Shown here: positions 61,844 through 64,000 of the stretch, one piece after another | Numbering within the stretch: the stretch's first letter is position 1 | Layout: every line of letters starts with the position of its first letter | Assembly (NCBI GenBank): GCA_002633005.1 | Contig: NMRA01000276.1 | Location: forward strand, 160,172-224,171 | Length of the DNA: 64,000 bases | DNA from: Phoronis australis | Taxonomy: Eukaryota > Animalia > Phoronida | Direction of reading: 5' to 3' | Program-made: the position numbers and the translations under genes | The notes under the pieces: generated by a model | Told to the model about the DNA's origin: nothing | The model's input: only the letters and a program-made list of their open reading frames with translations | Databases searched by the model: none

Positions 61844-62984
61844 CTTACGTAAACTTTATGAAACTGGACCAATTCAAATGGGCTTTTTTTGCACACTTGT
61901 CGGAGTCAGAGAAATGAGTTGTTGTGTCAAGTGACCATCACGAGGAGGTGCTTATAAAATTTGGTAGCCTCGCGTAGCAATGAGTCGGTGCAGTGTTTGA
62001 AACGTAGAATTATCGCGGAGGAAAATGCCAGCGTAAACGACAAGACGACATTTAGAACTGGCTCGGAGAGAAGTAAGCGATAAAATCTAAGTACTCGGCT
62101 AAGATGTGTGTTCAAAGTAGCTGGGTAACTTTTTTAGAGTTTTCTAAGCTGCGCTACATCCGAAAACCGGCGGGACAGCTAACAAGCGTTCTCGCAAGCA
62201 ATGGCATTTCTAAAATTACTTACGGCCTTACTTTAATATTTGAGTATCACATACAATCCTTTGTGAATCCTACGGATAACGAAGGGCAATATTTTATCGC
62301 ACACAAATCGTCTCCCGAGTTCAAAAGAACGCCACTGTCAAAACTGAATATGTAGGTGTAGGCTTATCACTCCTGTAACATTCAGGATTTATGCCGGGGT
62401 TATTTACTCGAGTATAGTGTACGTGCTGAAGTTTGTTAGGATTGTTTCTCGATGACTTTCTGCTATTAACTGTACGGTCGAAGCAAACATAACTAGTAGA
62501 ATTAAAAACATACAGTTAGTACTATATACTTGAGATTCATGGCAATAGGGCCGTCCAAGATTACAGTGACACTCGAATCTCGCTGTATTTACCCAAAATG
62601 CCGTAAACATTCGTCAGGTACATTTGCTGCCTCGTTTTCGAACCCGGCACTGGAGTTTCACATGCTCTTTGTTGTTGTCTGATTCTTAACAAGTTTTTCT
62701 CGGATGCATTACTCTATTCGTTCTTTCTATGGAAGTATTAAATGTTGTGTTGTGGGCTGCAACACCGGCGTGAAAACGTTTATAAACTGGACAAATACCC
62801 GTCGATGCGTGATCTAAAATTCTTTGCCTTCCCGACATTAACGAGAGACACGAGAATATGCCCGATTTCCATAATAACGGCGAATAAAAGTCATGTATAA
62901 TGCATTCAAACATCTCCTGTTGAGTGACAATATCTGACGAGTGTAAAATGCATATTCTGTGCTACTGTTGCTGAGTGCCGAAGC

Positions 62985-63370
62985 GTGTCAGTTTGCGTTA
63001 TTTCCAGGAATCGTCATGAAAAAAATGCATGGAAAACTATGCCTCGACATTGTTGTTCTCAATACAGAGTAAAGAATCGTTATCAGATAAATACATGCAA
63101 GATCGGTTACATTTAATTCAACCGACGTCACAACAGTCGCGTTTCAGATTACACTCTTTCCAAGAATTGTCATGAAAAAATGCTTGAAAACTGTGCCTCA
63201 GAGTTGTTCTCAATGCAGGGTGAAGAATCGTTATCCGATAAATACACATGTACACAGACGTTCTCTTGTACTACACAAGGTTGATTCCATTCAAATCAAC
63301 TGACATTACAATAGTCGCGTTTCAGTTTGCGTTCTTTCCAAGGATCGTCATGAAAAAATGCTTGAAATGT
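62985..63370. repeat. Diverged ~155-180-bp tandem repeat (~2.5 copies)
   Basis: TTTCCA(A/G)GAAT(C/T)GTCATGAAAAAATGC recurs near 63001, 63157 and 63334. Confidence 0.7.
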
Positions 63371-64000
63371 TATTCCCAGAAATTGTTGTTTACATTGCTG
63401 GGTAAAGAATTGTTATTAGTTTTGTGTTTTTGCTTTTTTGGCCCCGTTAATTATCCTCAGAAATTTCAGGCAATATTTCCAATTTCTATTTATTATTATT
63501 ACTGAGAACATGAATGAGTTAATCCATAACACAAACTATTTCACTGTCCAGCAGCTTCTATAATTTTTACAATACCACAAAAATGAGATTTCATGTTAAA
63601 ATTTGACACTGATTTTGAGCGAAAACTGATGTGCCAGACTTTTAAACTATCAGAGTAGGAATTGTATTAAACTACATTTAAGCAGGAAGAGATAACCAGG
63701 AAGGGACAACTAGCTAAACCGCCGTTTTTGGCCTCCTTCCCCGGTCTAATTTCAGGACTTAAGTTTCGTTTAAAAGGAAACAGGTGATTTTATCAGAGAG
63801 ATTAAAGCTTTTTCTATAGAAGGATATCAAAAAACTCACTTTGCAACCTTAAACAGTGGTGTAATTGTACTTTAAAAATATCGACTTCAGAGCACTCAAT
63901 CGCAACTTCCCACACGCAGTCACGGGTATTTAAGCTTTTCCGTCGATGTATAGATGGCGCAGTAGTCAAGTACTCCCTCATTTGCATATCAAATTTGCAT

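Overview
This is AT-rich, intron-rich eukaryotic (metazoan, probably marine invertebrate) genomic DNA with one 731-N assembly gap. Two host genes sit head-to-head with only 237 bp between their start codons. NEURL4 is on the minus strand: coding exons 1-2 are present, separated by a ~20.4 kb intron, and the gene continues beyond the left edge. A complete six-exon MFSD9-like MFS transporter (419 aa) is on the plus strand. Most of the rest is layered mobile DNA: an ISL2EU-like shell holding a Penelope GIY-YIG remnant (with a candidate hammerhead ribozyme) that is itself split by two MITEs; three non-autonomous families with 5-bp target-site duplications (TSDs); Tc1/mariner-type MITEs; Academ remnants; a Helentron/DINE-like element whose core repeats carry CTCF-consensus motifs; a young, internally deleted Kolobok (THAP transposase plus P2X7-ballast-like KolX) inserted 18 bp after the MFSD9 stop codon; a gag-only DIRS/Ngaro-like element; and near-perfect 39-bp and 66-bp tandem arrays. 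Family assignments come from recognising motifs by eye, not from database searches.
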